A DNA stretch of 63,937 nt, filler included, from Octopus bimaculoides (lineage: Eukaryota): the NCBI RefSeq assembly GCF_001194135.2. It is 3 parts of 2 records of this genome, joined end to end, with 100 filler letters (N's around TTAATTAATTAA, not from the genome) between each part and the next. Parts side by side here need not be neighbours in the genome. Positions count along the whole stretch, not along the records: positions 29,977 to 53,260 come from NC_068997.1; positions 53,361 to 63,937 come from NC_068986.1; 1 more part is not named here. One strand, 5' to 3'. Position numbers and translations under genes: made by a program. Below, piece after piece: positions 42,304-54,291 of this stretch. The first letter of the stretch is position 1, and the number at the start of each line of letters is the position of its first letter. The notes below the pieces were generated by a model. That model was not told the DNA's origin, made no database searches, and saw only the letters and a list, made by a program, of their open reading frames with translations.

Positions 42304-42584
42304 ATGTGTATGTAAATTTATGTTTGTTTCAATTTAATTTAGGTATGAACATTATGGTTTGCTTTATAAAACAGGTCCACAAGCGTCGGCTACCAGCTGC
42401 AAATTTACAACGGAAACCAATCGTGTTAATGGAGATATATCCCAAAATCCACGAATCTCCGAAATTTAATGTATATATATTACTGTTTCGACGTGAAAAC
42501 AAAACAATTGCAGTATTATGCAATAAAGCGTGTTTGCTCAATACAATCTCTCCGATCTATCGGTGTATATATGTTCTGTTCGTA

Positions 42585-43160
42585 CTTTTTTCATTGCATA
42601 CCAATAGAGAAAAAGTAGGTTTCTACATCAGAGACAAGTTCTTTCATTGGAATTTGGACATCAACTTGGCAGTCGCGTATGCATTTGTCTACGCATGTCA
42701 TTGTTCAGTTGTATTTCAAGATTTCTTGCCAATAGAGAAAGATCCGGTTTCTAATCTAGATTCAAGGCTCCTCCATTGGACTTTCAACATCAACAGCAGG
42801 GTATTTTTGTTTGTTTGTTTGTATGTATGTATGTATGTATGTATTGATGTATGTATTGATGTATGTATGTATGTATGTATTGATGTATGTATGTATGTAT
42901 GTCAGTATTCAGTTTTATTTCAAAATTTCTTGTCAATAGAGAAAGAGCCGGTTTCTGACCTAGATCCATAGCTCATTCAATGGGATTTCGATGACATTAG
43001 CAGGGTATTTTTGTATGAGTGGATATGTGCAGTATTTGGAGGTAGTGCATGTGCATATTTGTATTTTTGTTTTATGTATGCATTTTTATGCATATTGTTG
43101 TATGTCTAGACATGCGCCCATATATTTAAATGATAAATTTCTGGAAAGTTTTACAGATTT
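42585..43160 (-). mobile_element. R4/Dong LINE 3' end (copy D) with two further 3' UTR units in tandem
   Basis: Minus strand encodes TVKICKTFQKFII*; unit ccaatagagaaaga..ggtttct..cattgga..catcaac occurs three times and matches 48805-48910. Confidence 0.85.
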
Positions 43161-43191
43161 TTACAGTTCTGTCTGTCTGTCTGTCTGTGCG

Positions 43192-43480
43192 AAGGCAAGT
43201 GGTTAAGTGGTTAAAATGTTTGGCTCACGATCGTAAGGATGCGTTTTGTCTTTGAGTAAAACACTTTATTTCACGTTGCTTCAGTCGACTCAGGTGGCAA
43301 AAATGAGTAGTACCTGTATTTCAAAGGGCCGGCTTTGTCATATTGTGTGTCAGGCTGAATATCCCTGAGGAGTATGTTAAGGGTATGCGTGTCTGTGGAG
43401 TGCACGGTAATTCCACGATCAGGCTGTTTCGTTGATTGAATCAACTTAAATTCTCGTCGTCGTAGCCGACGGAGTGCCAG
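43192..43480 (+). mobile_element. SINE with family C middle and the tail of the 28562 element
   Basis: cacgatcgtaag..ttgagtaaaacactttatttcacgttgct..ggcaaaaatgagta followed by gtacctgtatttcaaaggg..gtcgtcgtagccgacggagtgcca. Confidence 0.85.
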
Positions 43481-43545
43481 TTGATGTATACATGCGTTAC
43501 GTATGTATGTATGTATGTATGTATGTATGTATGTATGTATGTATG

Positions 43546-44095
43546 TTTTCTCTTTCTCTTTTTAATTTAGAGTAAATTTTGACCGGCGACTAACTTGGTA
43601 GCAAAATTGTGAAGGAAAGTATCATAATTTAACCGTCGTCCCTTAAATCTCAAGGTGTTGCAGATTTTTATAACCCCAGATATCGTGATCATTTGTAGCT
43701 TATGAATTAAGGTTTTTCATTCTTTCCCCTAAGATTCCAAGTTCATCCATACTTTACTCCAGACGTGTTAGTATGTACAGGGTGTTGAAAAGGTCTCTCC
43801 GCAGTGAATGTTTTTCATCCTGCGCATCACTATGGCGCTACTTCAAGAGTTTTTCGGTGAATGGATTAATTCGAAGGGACTTTGGCCACCAAGATCACCT
43901 GATTTCACACCGTCAGGCTTTTTTTTCTTTTCTGGGGAGCAAGTAAAGGGCCAGTGTACAAGAATCACTCGAAAACCATTAAATGCTTACTGTGGAGAGA
44001 CTTTGTAAACACCCTGTATGCCCCAATAATAATGAGTACGAAGTTGAAAGTGTATCTTGGGTACTGGATTTGCAAACTCCTTATCAAATTCCTTG
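43546..44095 (-). mobile_element. R4/Dong LINE 3' fragment (copy E), flanked on both sides by (CATA)n
   Basis: LIRSLQIQYPRYTFNFVLIIIGA | ..DELG..KLQMITISGVIKICNTL; split at a TA by the 43778 element. Confidence 0.8.
43778..44016 (+). mobile_element. Internally deleted Tc1/mariner-superfamily element
   Basis: TA duplications; ~28-bp TIR cagggtgttgaaaaggtctctccgcagt with about 4 mismatches; retains WPPRSPDFTP. Confidence 0.88.
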
Positions 44096-44144
44096 TGTAT
44101 GTATGTATGTATGTATGTATTTATGTATGTATGTATGTATGTAT

Positions 44145-47100
44145 TACGACTGAATGCATGCTATGGTATTTATAGAACTATATGTCGTGTGGAAGTAGTT
44201 ACTCACATAACCAAGTACTTTAATAAACTTCAGGTAAATATATAAATTTATAGTCGGGTCTAGTATCTGTGGATTACACATTAGATAAGCATAGATGTTT
44301 TCTTTTTTACTCATCTTTAACATTATGGTAGAGTTTGCTGGACAGTTGATATTTCTTCTTTATACACATTCCTTATCACCTCCTACTTCATTAAAACTTT
44401 CTCAGAAACATTTCATCTGCATTATTTCATAAAAATAGAGGAGTATGCCCTATCTACATCATTGTAACTTCTTGTATTTTGATCTCCAGGGATATCGGTT
44501 CCATGGATTACAGCTACATCATCAGCGTCGATTCCACAAAATCTGAATCAAATGTCATATCGTGATGTTTTATCTACTTTCCTATTGTACATCAGCTACT
44601 TTGTTCTTATATCTTGTTCCTGGATTACAAAAGTATAAACGAGGGCTAATATATCGGTTTTTTGCCTATTGTAGATTAGTCAATTTAACTATGTTACAGT
44701 CACTTTGAAAGTTTCTAGCAACATACCTGTCAATAGCTTATTGTTGATAAGCACAAATCTTTCGTCTGCAGTTTTATTGCGGCTTAGCTCGGCTATATAA
44801 CTTCCTTTATGTGTATACCTGATCATCAGTCAAGAATATTTTGCAAAGAGCTTCATTATGTTGCAAAATATGATCCGCGGATGAATTTCAAAGCTTGGTA
44901 GTTGGTAAGTGCTATCGAAGGGATACAATGTGAGATTCAGAAACTGCTGGAACGCTAATACACCTATCTTTTTGTTTTCGTTTTATACAAAGGCCGTTAA
45001 TATCACTATCGATGTTAGTTTTGGTGATTTTTAATAGTTTCAGAGCTTTAAATCCATTGACCTGGATCTCATCTACTGACCATTCAAGTTACCAAAACGT
45101 TGGTATGTGTACGGGTACAGCAAACATTCATCTATTGTATGCATAGAGCTATGATGACCATGTTAATTATATAACCAGGTTAAGGCGGCGCGCTAGCAGA
45201 GTGCTTAGTGATATTTCGTTCGTTTTTGACGTTCTGAGTTTACGAGGTCGACTTCTCATCCTTTCGAGTCGATGGAATAAGTACCAGTCGGATGGGGAGT
45301 GGGGATCGATGTATTCGACTTACCCTCTCGCTCAAAATTTCAGGCCCTGTGCCTATAATAAAAAAACAAAAGACATTATATATCCAGGTGTTACATTCAA
45401 GGCTACACGTTCCTTGTTACATGTTCCACTATAGGACATATTTTCATCCGCCCCTAGACACCCCAAGTATTTCTCATCAGATATCGGAGAAATAGCCTTG
45501 CCATTGTTACAGATATTTGTCACTAGACAAATTGGTAATTTTTCCCTACTTTTACACTCAAGAAAACAATTATCTTGACCAAACTTCAACCTTTGAAAAC
45601 TATTACTTTTAGTAAAAGAATAAAAGAGTAATTCCGAAGGAATTGGTTCAAGCAAACTGCATATATTTTATACATTAAAGTCTGGCATGCAGTTGACCGA
45701 TAGTTCTTTGCCATGTGAATGTTTTTGTTTTTAAGTATAGCTCTTATTTTTTGCCGACGCCGGGTAACTTAGAATATATATATCCACTTGATAATGAACC
45801 CTCGATAAAAGTCTATTTTTGTTTTTTTTCAATTTGCTTTCTGGTGTTTTCTTATGCTTAAATTTTTATAAATGCATGCAATCTCAAAGGTATCACCATT
45901 TATAATGCATACTTTTGGCTTAATGTAAGGGAAATTTCTTCTAGCCTGGTTATATTGTTTATTTCTCATAAGATTTTTCCTTTCTTTAATGAGTCCGTAT
46001 CCTCCTGAGAAATAGAACCACATCATATCTCAATAAACTACAAAATGATCTCAACACATTTTCCCACGAATTTATTTTCGGCCATTATCTTCACTTTCTT
46101 ACTGACAGCTTTTTAACTCCTGTTAGTCGGTGTTAAATTTACAGTCACGTGTTCTCCTTTCACTGTTTTCAAATACTTTTCAGCTTTATGTTTCAAGTAT
46201 TGAAATTATTTGCATGTTTATATTTGATAAGTATCTTTATATAACTGATAGTCTTCCATAAATTAATGTTATTTTGTTCTACTTTTCACATTCATGGTGG
46301 CATTTCATTGTCTTGTTTTGTTTACTTCTTCACTGTCTTTAGGTTATTGCTTTCTAGCTATAAAGAAAGAATATAAACTGGCCTTTATTTGCCTAAGAGA
46401 TAGTTCATTATTCTCTCATAAATTTTCACCTCATACATTGTTGATCGGTAGTATCTACTGATAATATCAACTTTGTGGGTCTCTTATCAGCACCAGTTAA
46501 ATCTGGTCTGTCTTGTAAAGGGTGTTTTAACCCTACCTTATACCAATCCTCCTGAAACCACACCTAGTTCTACGATACAAAAAGTTCTTGTTTCAAAATG
46601 ATTTAAAAGGATTTAAAATTTTATGTTAATCTGTATTCCAAACACCACTTTGATAATAACAATGTTAGGTTACCAAATTGTTTATTATTTTTAGAATTAA
46701 TTAAATTAAAGACAGTGTAGTGCAACAGAAACATGGTAACAAAGGAATTTCAAAAAAAAAAAAAAATTTGGTTCAAAACATTTAAACAAGAAAACATTTT
46801 AGTTGCTTATATTCTTCGCTTTCACAGCTCATAATACACTATTATTGTGCCAGCTGTTATCATTACTGGCAACTAGATGTGGACGGTTATTCTGAGGAAA
46901 CATATTAAGTCAGAATCTGGGCTGTTGTCAGATGTAAGAATGCTTTGATTAACTCTAGCTATTTCTTAGTGTCTTAAATATTACCCGAGTACAGTTTCAG
47001 GTCATCAACAAAGAAGGTGCCATTAGTGTTTCTCTTCTCCACATATTAATAACGTTGGTATTTTCTCTATAAGGTTGACCAGCTGTTTCATTACTAGAGC

Positions 47101-48660
47101 AAACAGGAATACAGACAAGATGTTGCGCTGAAATATTTCTCTCGATGACTTAATTCTGTTAGTTATTATAGTAGCCACTTCAGATGCTAGTAATAGTTGA
47201 TTAGATCATCTATGTAAGCATTTTTCTAATTGCTTCGACTATAGATGGAAATTTGGCGAGACGCCGTAACTGTAATATACACGAATAACGGACAGAGCCA
47301 AATATCATTGTATAGTCCAGCCTAGTATCAAAAGATTTCAGTAATTTTAGATTTCTTGAAAAGAAACTGAACTCCTATTCTTTTCCTCCTACCTGCTAAC
47401 CAGTTATCGCATCGCAGTGTTCTGGAAAAAATACATTCAAACGACGGCTACGAGCCTACAGTTTTTGGTCACATGTGTCAGCTGGTTTTTAGGCACTTGT
47501 GGGGTCCGTCCAACTATCAACCACTTTGGCACATCGAGCTCAATAACCATTGATCTTTTTGACAAAAGCTTTCCCGTAGAACGTGATCTTCGTGTACTAA
47601 TATTGACTATCAAGTTCCTCCCATGTGATTTTTCATACAATAGTTCTGTAACAACTACCAGGAGAATTCACTAGAAATGTCACGTGTTTCAGGGGAGATG
47701 TTGAACAGTATTCAATCCCAATCACATTTAAATATAGTGTTCGTATTGAAGAACATTTGGTTTACCTGTGAGTGTCTCTTGCCGATAATTCACGTACAAA
47801 AGAGTTGATGGTGCTTCCTGGATTCATTATTCGCTTGGCATCTACTGATAGTATCTAAATTGCTGGATGTTTTCCCCGAAGAAGCGACGTAATCCATTTT
47901 AGTTGTGTATGGTTATTTCGATCGATCTCCCTTACTCTCAATAAACTAAGATATTCAACGTCCAAAACTGTTAGCTCAGTTTCTGCAAGGTGTTGTTTAA
48001 CAACTTGATTAACCAAGGGTAATATCAAGTCAATAGGTTTTCTATCAACTCATGACACAGTCGAGCGCTCATTTAGTGGCTTGTTGATGTTATTAATGAA
48101 ATTCGACTTAGAGCCGTTTGTATCTTTCACTTTATTCTCTTTGTTCGGAAGCGGCAACATGTCTGTGTAATGGTGGCAGTTCTACTCTGTGTTGATGTAA
48201 TTGTTATTTTATTCACGCTTCATGATTTTAGCATTTTCTCAAGGTTTGAATCCACTGGGCTGTTGATTCTGTCATTTGCTCTACATTTTTGATGGTTGAT
48301 TTTACTAGACAGAGCAGCAAATTTCTTCTCAAGAGACATAACTTAATGGTGCGGCTGCATAACACTATAATATATTTACATCTTAGAGACTTTTCATCCT
48401 CTTCGTGTAACAAACCTGAGGAATTTTCATTGCCTCAGTGTAGAATTTGGAATGTGGCTTTGTTCAATTCAAAATTCCACTAGAATTTCCCTCTATAGGT
48501 CCGCAACCAGTTTTCCTGCTATGACGTCTGAAATAATCCACATGTTGTTTGCCAATTAAATTGTACTGCTTGACTATGGATACAATCTTCTCGAAATAGA
48601 GAATTAGTGAGTAGCATCCGTTGCATGGAAGAATAACTTGCAGCGTAATTGACTTCACCA
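44145..48660 (-). mobile_element. R4/Dong LINE (copy C), long, heavily decayed, with nested insertions
   Basis: In sense order: AQWIQ (~48250); NSPG..NY; PKWLIVGRT..PKNQLTHVTKNCR; RLDY..FGSV..LAKFP; FFVDDLKLY (~47000); KFGQDNC..KYLG..DENMSYSG (~45500); IQEQDI (~44620); KKENIY..DYKF (~44250). Confidence 0.8.
45182..45362 (+). mobile_element. SINE family B nested in LINE copy C
   Basis: ggcggcgcgctagcagag..gacgttctgagtt..catcctttcgagtcgat..aaatttcaggcc. Confidence 0.88.
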
Positions 48661-48662
48661 CC

Positions 48663-48695
<33 letters not shown>

Positions 48696-48804
48696 TGTAT
48701 GTGTGTGTGTGTATGTATGTATGTATGTATGTATGTATGCATGTATGTATGTGTGTGTGTGTATGTATGTATGTATGTATGGATAGATGGATGGATGGAT
48801 GTTT

Positions 48805-49832
48805 GTCATTGTTCAGTTTTATTTCAAAATTTCTTGCCAATAGAGAAAGAGACGGTTTCTGACCTAGACCTGAGGCTCCTTCATTAGAATTTTAACATCA
48901 AAACAGGGTGGTTGTGTTTGCTTGCTTGTATGTATGTATGTATGTATGTATGTTCAGGTGCAGATTTGTATGTTTTGCTTTATGTATGTATTCTCATGCA
49001 TATAGCTGCATATCTAGACTTGCTCATATATATTTAAATGATAAGCTTTAAAGATTTTTGCAGTTCCAGTGATGGATTGGATCTGTAGTCTTCGAATTAG
49101 CTTTCTCCTCTCTGGTTTTGAGAAGCCTAATTCCTCAAGTTTGGTATTTAGGCAGTGTGTTGCATATCCCAGGACCCCAATAATTACAGGTATGAACCTG
49201 AACTTGTAATCTAGATAGAGTAACTGCAAATTTCTCAATAGTTCAGCGTAGGTGTTCTCTTTTTCACTGATCTTCAGCTTTATGTTAACATCTGCTGGGC
49301 AGCTAATTTCCACAACTGTGCACAGTTTTTCCTCTCTATCCGAAATCATTATATCAGGTCTGTTGTGCTAACATTTTATTGAGGTGTCCACTGGAACATT
49401 TCACCAATACTCTTTTTTATTATGAGTGGCTATGGCTTCTACTATACTGTGGGTTCTTATTTGTTTGTCCTCGGGGTTATCCTTCTCACGGATTTCATTA
49501 TAGAGTGTCCTAGATACAACATCATGACTCATCAGTAGATAATACCGTAATCACAAGTGCTTATATTGTGGGTGATATCTTTGGTGTTAACTCCACAGAG
49601 TCTGCATAGCTTGTCAAATTTTACTGCTTTTCCTGCATCTCTATTCCTTTTGGGCATCAGGTACTTGGCTGATATTTCCTGTTCATGGATTGCAAATGCA
49701 TACCCTTCAAAGTGAGGAGGGGTAGTACTCCGGTTGTTGGTCCATGATAGTCTTCTGCTCATATAAGCTCACTCTTTCATCTGCTGATACGTTGTGGTAG
49801 AGTCGTGCGACTTCTTTGGGCATGTATTCTAG
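48805..49832 (-). mobile_element. R4/Dong LINE 3' ~1 kb (copy A), best preserved, flanked by (CATA)n
   Basis: HFEGYAFAIHEQEI..CRLCG..DITH; HNRPDIMISDREEKLCTVVEISCPADVN..KLIRRLQIQSITGTAKIF; 3' UTR ends aactgaacaatgac. Confidence 0.93.
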
Positions 49833-50032
49833 GTATGTATGTATGTATGTATGTATTATGTACGTATGTATGCATGCATGAATGTTTATATATATATGTA
49901 CACATGAATGTGTATATGATTGTATACATGTATGTATGTATGCATGTATGTATGTGTGTATGTATGTATGTATGTATGTATGTATGTATGTATGTGTGTG
50001 TGTGTATGTATGTATGTATGTATGTGTGTATG

Positions 50033-51600
50033 CAAGTTTTCTTCTATTTTTAATTATTTGAAATTTTTCTTTAAGGAAGAAGCTGATTTCTATCAAAGAT
50101 ACAAATTCTTATCGTTGGGATGGAGATAACAAAACCAACACCACATGTTGACTTAATATATTTCTTGTTCCGCTTTCAGATAGTTTTGAAATGTCTGTGT
50201 TAGCTGGTTGATTTCTATTTCTGAAAACCCCTAGCTTTTCTTGAGAGTCACTTAGGCATTTACTAGCGAAATTAAGCGCAGCAACTGTTATTGGCATAAA
50301 CCCGAATTTATAACTTTCGAAAAGAAGCTGAAAGTTTCAAAACTGTTGTCCATAGTTCTCGTCTTTCTGTATGATTTTCAAAGAGATATTCACATCAGCA
50401 GAGCAGCTGATCTCTCTGATGGTATATACTTCTTATTTGTCTCAAACAACTATATACGGCCTGTTATATTTGCTCTTGGTAGAAGTTTTAATGAGAATAT
50501 TCCACCAATATTCGTTCTGTTGATGTTTATGTATGTTTTCAATAACAAGAAGATTCTCATTATTTATCCCAGGAAAGTCTTTTTATCGAAAAGCATCGTG
50601 AATTGTTTCAACGACAACGTCATGTTGCATTTAGAGGTAGTTTCTTGATGACATTTTTTTGGACAGATGCTGATCATGTGTGGCAACCTCCACAAATTGT
50701 GATAATCAACATTTTCGGTTGCATCTTGTGGTTACACGCGTGTCACTGTCTTTTTTCTTCATTAGTATTTCGTAGCAATTTCTTTCTCTTGAATTTCAAA
50801 CACAAAGCTTCTAACGTTTAATATAACAGTTACGAGTCCAAAACAAGGTGTACTTCATGACAATATCAGTGTCATCTTCCTGTCTTCAGAAAATATACGA
50901 ATGCATAGGTTTTTTTCTTTTTTTTGGGGGGGGGGGATGCTGAGCGTTTCCCATCTAAATGTTCTTTAAGGCATGTTAGTTCAGCTGTTTTGGAAAATGT
51001 ATGGGAGATTGTAAGGAAGAGAGTTGAGGAGCTCACTGCCAACACGTAAGATGTAGTTCTCATATATATANNNNNNNNNNNNNNNNNNNNNNNNNNNNNN
51101 NNNNNNNNNNNNNNNNNNNNNNNNNNNNNNNNNNNNNNNNNNNNNNNNNNNNNNNNNNNNNNNNNNNNNNNNNNNNNNNNNNNNNNNNNNNNNNNNNNNN
51201 NNNNNNNNNNNNNNNNNNNNNNNNNNNNNNNNNNNNNNNNNNNNNNNNNNNNNNNNNNNNNNNNNNNNNNNNNNNNNNNNNNNNNNATATATATATATAT
51301 ATATAAATCGTATGTTACATATTCATTATATCATATCTTGATACTGTGAGGACTAAGATCCCCGTTGACAGGCTGCTGGTATTTATAGAGTGCAAATTAG
51401 GGACTCCTTGAAAGAGTAACTGCTGCATTTGTTGAGTATATAAACAGTTTGGTTGCTTGTATCTATGGAGACTGGCAGAATGATGTAGATACCTCTGATA
51501 AGAACCTAGTAAGGTTCGAAAATCGATTAACGTTGTTCAGCCTTTTTTTTCACTCTGCGGAAATGGCTAAAATTTGCCTTGTTTATAGTTATACCATATG

Positions 51601-51649
<49 letters not shown>

Positions 51650-52289
51650 TATATATATATATATATATAAATTATAACGAGGGATTGGCAATATATATAT
51701 ATATATATATAAAAGTTGATGTGAGGTTTTATACATTCGAAAGTTATCTGCACTGATCTGAAGCCTCTACCTTCTTCATCTCTTCTTAGGTAGAGCCTCT
51801 CGATATCACTGTTTCTGTGGAAGTTTCTGTTGGTGTTAGGATCTTACGGGTTTTAATGTCTTTGGCGTGTATTTCCTCTAGAGTGAAGTCATGCGTCCTA
51901 ATTGTTAGTATCAGCACTAGTACTGTAATGCATTGTGGGATATTGTCTTGAAGTAAAAGGAGAACTCCGACTGCCATATTGTTCTAAGTCTGGTGTAATA
52001 TTCTAAGGTCATTCTATTCCTGTTCACAGGGCCTTCACGTAGTCGATTTTCATGAACGCTTAGCTTTTTTAGCATTCTTTGTGTGGTACTTGTGATCGTT
52101 GAACATGGAAAACCAGTCACCCAAACTCAGAACCTGTACGTCAACAGTCTCACTATCTCTTTTGTTCCATACATTTATCATTTAAACTATAGATTTCATG
52201 GCTATTATATGGTATTTCTCCCCAATGCATGGTTGGTATCACTTATTACACGCACATACACACACACACGCACACATACACGCACGCAC

Positions 52290-52332
<43 letters not shown>

Positions 52333-53050
52333 NNNNNNNNNNNNNNNNNNNNNNNNNNNNNNNNNNNNNNNNNNNNNNNNNNNNNNNNNNNNNNNNNNNN
52401 NNNNNNNNNNNNNNNNNNNNNNNNNNNNNNNNNNNNNNNNNNNNNNNNNNNNNNNNNNNNNNNNNNNNNNNNNNNNNNNNNNNNNNNNNNNNNNNNNNTA
52501 TATACACACATACATGGAAAATAACTGCGCTATTTTATGTTTACCAAAGCTGCATTTATGATGGATGACATGTCTTTGTAATTATTGCTTTTGTTCAGCA
52601 TTTTCCATTCATTGGATAGTCATCTTCTGTCATAGAGTTATATTCGCTTTCCTGGATGTTGATGGTGTTTAGCCGATTAAGCACACTATGAGCAAAGATG
52701 CTCAAACATTGATCATTCACTCTTTATTTCAGGTAAATGTATCCCTGACTACAATTTCTTACATAGATATATCTTGATGATAGGACATGGTATAAGAAAT
52801 ATTTGCTGCTATTTCTAGAAGATCAATTATGTAAATGCTTTTTCCCGTTTGCTCTTCAAAGTTATTATGCTGTCGAGATTTTTGAGGTAAAGAATAGAAG
52901 AGGGGAGAAGCAAAAAAATATTCTGTATAAACACTACTGGTGAGGAGTACTACACCTACTTCAACTACGAATTATGGTACCTAAGTCTAGTCAAGAGTTG
53001 ACTTTTGAAAGAGTTTGATATGACACATTTCTAGTTACATTTAATTTAAA
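50033..53050 (-). mobile_element. R4/Dong LINE (copy B), decayed, with internal gaps and insertions
   Basis: EEQTG (~52850); MQ-FGKHK (~52540); IWQSE..KTISHNA; DIKTRKILT (~51850); EIQEKEIATKY; EYWWNI..NRP..EISCSADVN (~50450); 5' limit uncertain. Confidence 0.8.
51491..51533 (+). ncRNA. Type I hammerhead-like motif with a G8-to-A core change
   Basis: ACCU-CUGAUAA-GAACC(UAGUAA)GGUUC-GAAA-AUCGAU-UA-ACGU; perfect 5-bp stem II and palindromic stem III. Confidence 0.6.
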
Positions 53051-53304
53051 ATTTCTGCTGAAAGGCAAATCAAGCCCTATAAAGTTGCGTTTTAAAATAT
53101 CTATCTATCTACCCACCCACCTACCTACCTACCTACCTACCTACCTACCTACCTACCTACCTACCTACCTACCTACCTGCCTACCTACCTATTACCTACC
53201 TACCTACCTACCTACCTACATACATACATACATACATACATATCTATCTATCTATCTATCNNNNNNNNNNNNNNNNNNNNNNNNNNNNNNNNNNNNNNNN
53301 NNNN

Positions 53305-53316
53305 TTAATTAATTAA
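53305..53316. other. Synthetic scaffolding marker TTAATTAATTAA inside a 100-bp gap
   Basis: 44 N + 12 bp + 44 N. Confidence 0.95.
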
Positions 53317-53664
53317 NNNNNNNNNNNNNNNNNNNNNNNNNNNNNNNNNNNNNNNNNNNNCCCGAACCGTGTGGCTGGTAAGCCCAGAACCATGTGGTTG
53401 GTAAGCAAGCTACTTTATTTCTTTTAAATTGCCATAAGGGCATTACATAGAGGAAGACACTACAACACATGTGGGGACATTTAACAATTAAAATTAAAAT
53501 ATGATGCTATGAATGGCACATGAAAATAAACATGAAAAACATTAAAATCAAAATATTAAAATAACGATACATGAATGATAACTTGAGAAATGAGAATATG
53601 AAATGTGTGTTACTCACCCCACACTGAGCAACACTACTCGCCACCTCTGAGTCCTGAATCCTCT

Positions 53665-53748
53665 TTAATCTAGTCTTTCCCTTTTCCTTAGTCGTTAATC
53701 TAGTCTTTCCCTTTTCCTTAGTCTTTAATCTAGTCTTTCCTTTTTCCC
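53665..53748. repeat. 30-bp tandem repeat, ~2.8 copies
   Basis: Unit ttaatctagtctttcccttttccttagtc(g/t). Confidence 0.95.
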
Positions 53749-54092
53749 CATCGCTGAGTGACATCATTCTCTCCTCCTTGGAGACGTAACTTTTTCACCT
53801 GGGGAGGGGGGGTCTTGTAAATTTTGTGGTGTCTGTTCTTTCTTCTTTTTTCTCCCCTGTGGGGAAAGGGGGTGAGTTTGGTGTCTGTATGGGAAGGGTG
53901 GGTCTGAGTGGTCTTGGGTGGGATGGAGTTCGTCTGGTGTACTACATCATACTCACTGTAGGACCCCGAAGCGACGCGAATTCTCTCCTGATGACTCCAT
54001 AAGTTTGCTTGCATCCGGTATGCGGAACTTTCAACTAATAGAATTTGCAGTGCATTCTGCCATTCAAATTTTATATATACATACATATATAA

Positions 54093-54132
54093 AACTCTGC
54101 TTACCTATATATATATATAGGTAAGCAGAGTT
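54093..54132. repeat. Perfect 40-bp palindrome centred on (TA)7
   Basis: aactctgcttacc-(ta)7-ggtaagcagagtt. Confidence 0.95.
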
Positions 54133-54291
54133 AGCGGTTGGAATAACCGTCTAAGAGATAAGAATATCCGTTCTTACTATCCTTGGGCATGGGTATGCAA
54201 GCACCTTATACTCATAGAGTACAGGTAATAACTGAATAAACAAAAGCTTATCAGGAATTTGATTCCTGATAAACTTTTATATACATGTATA

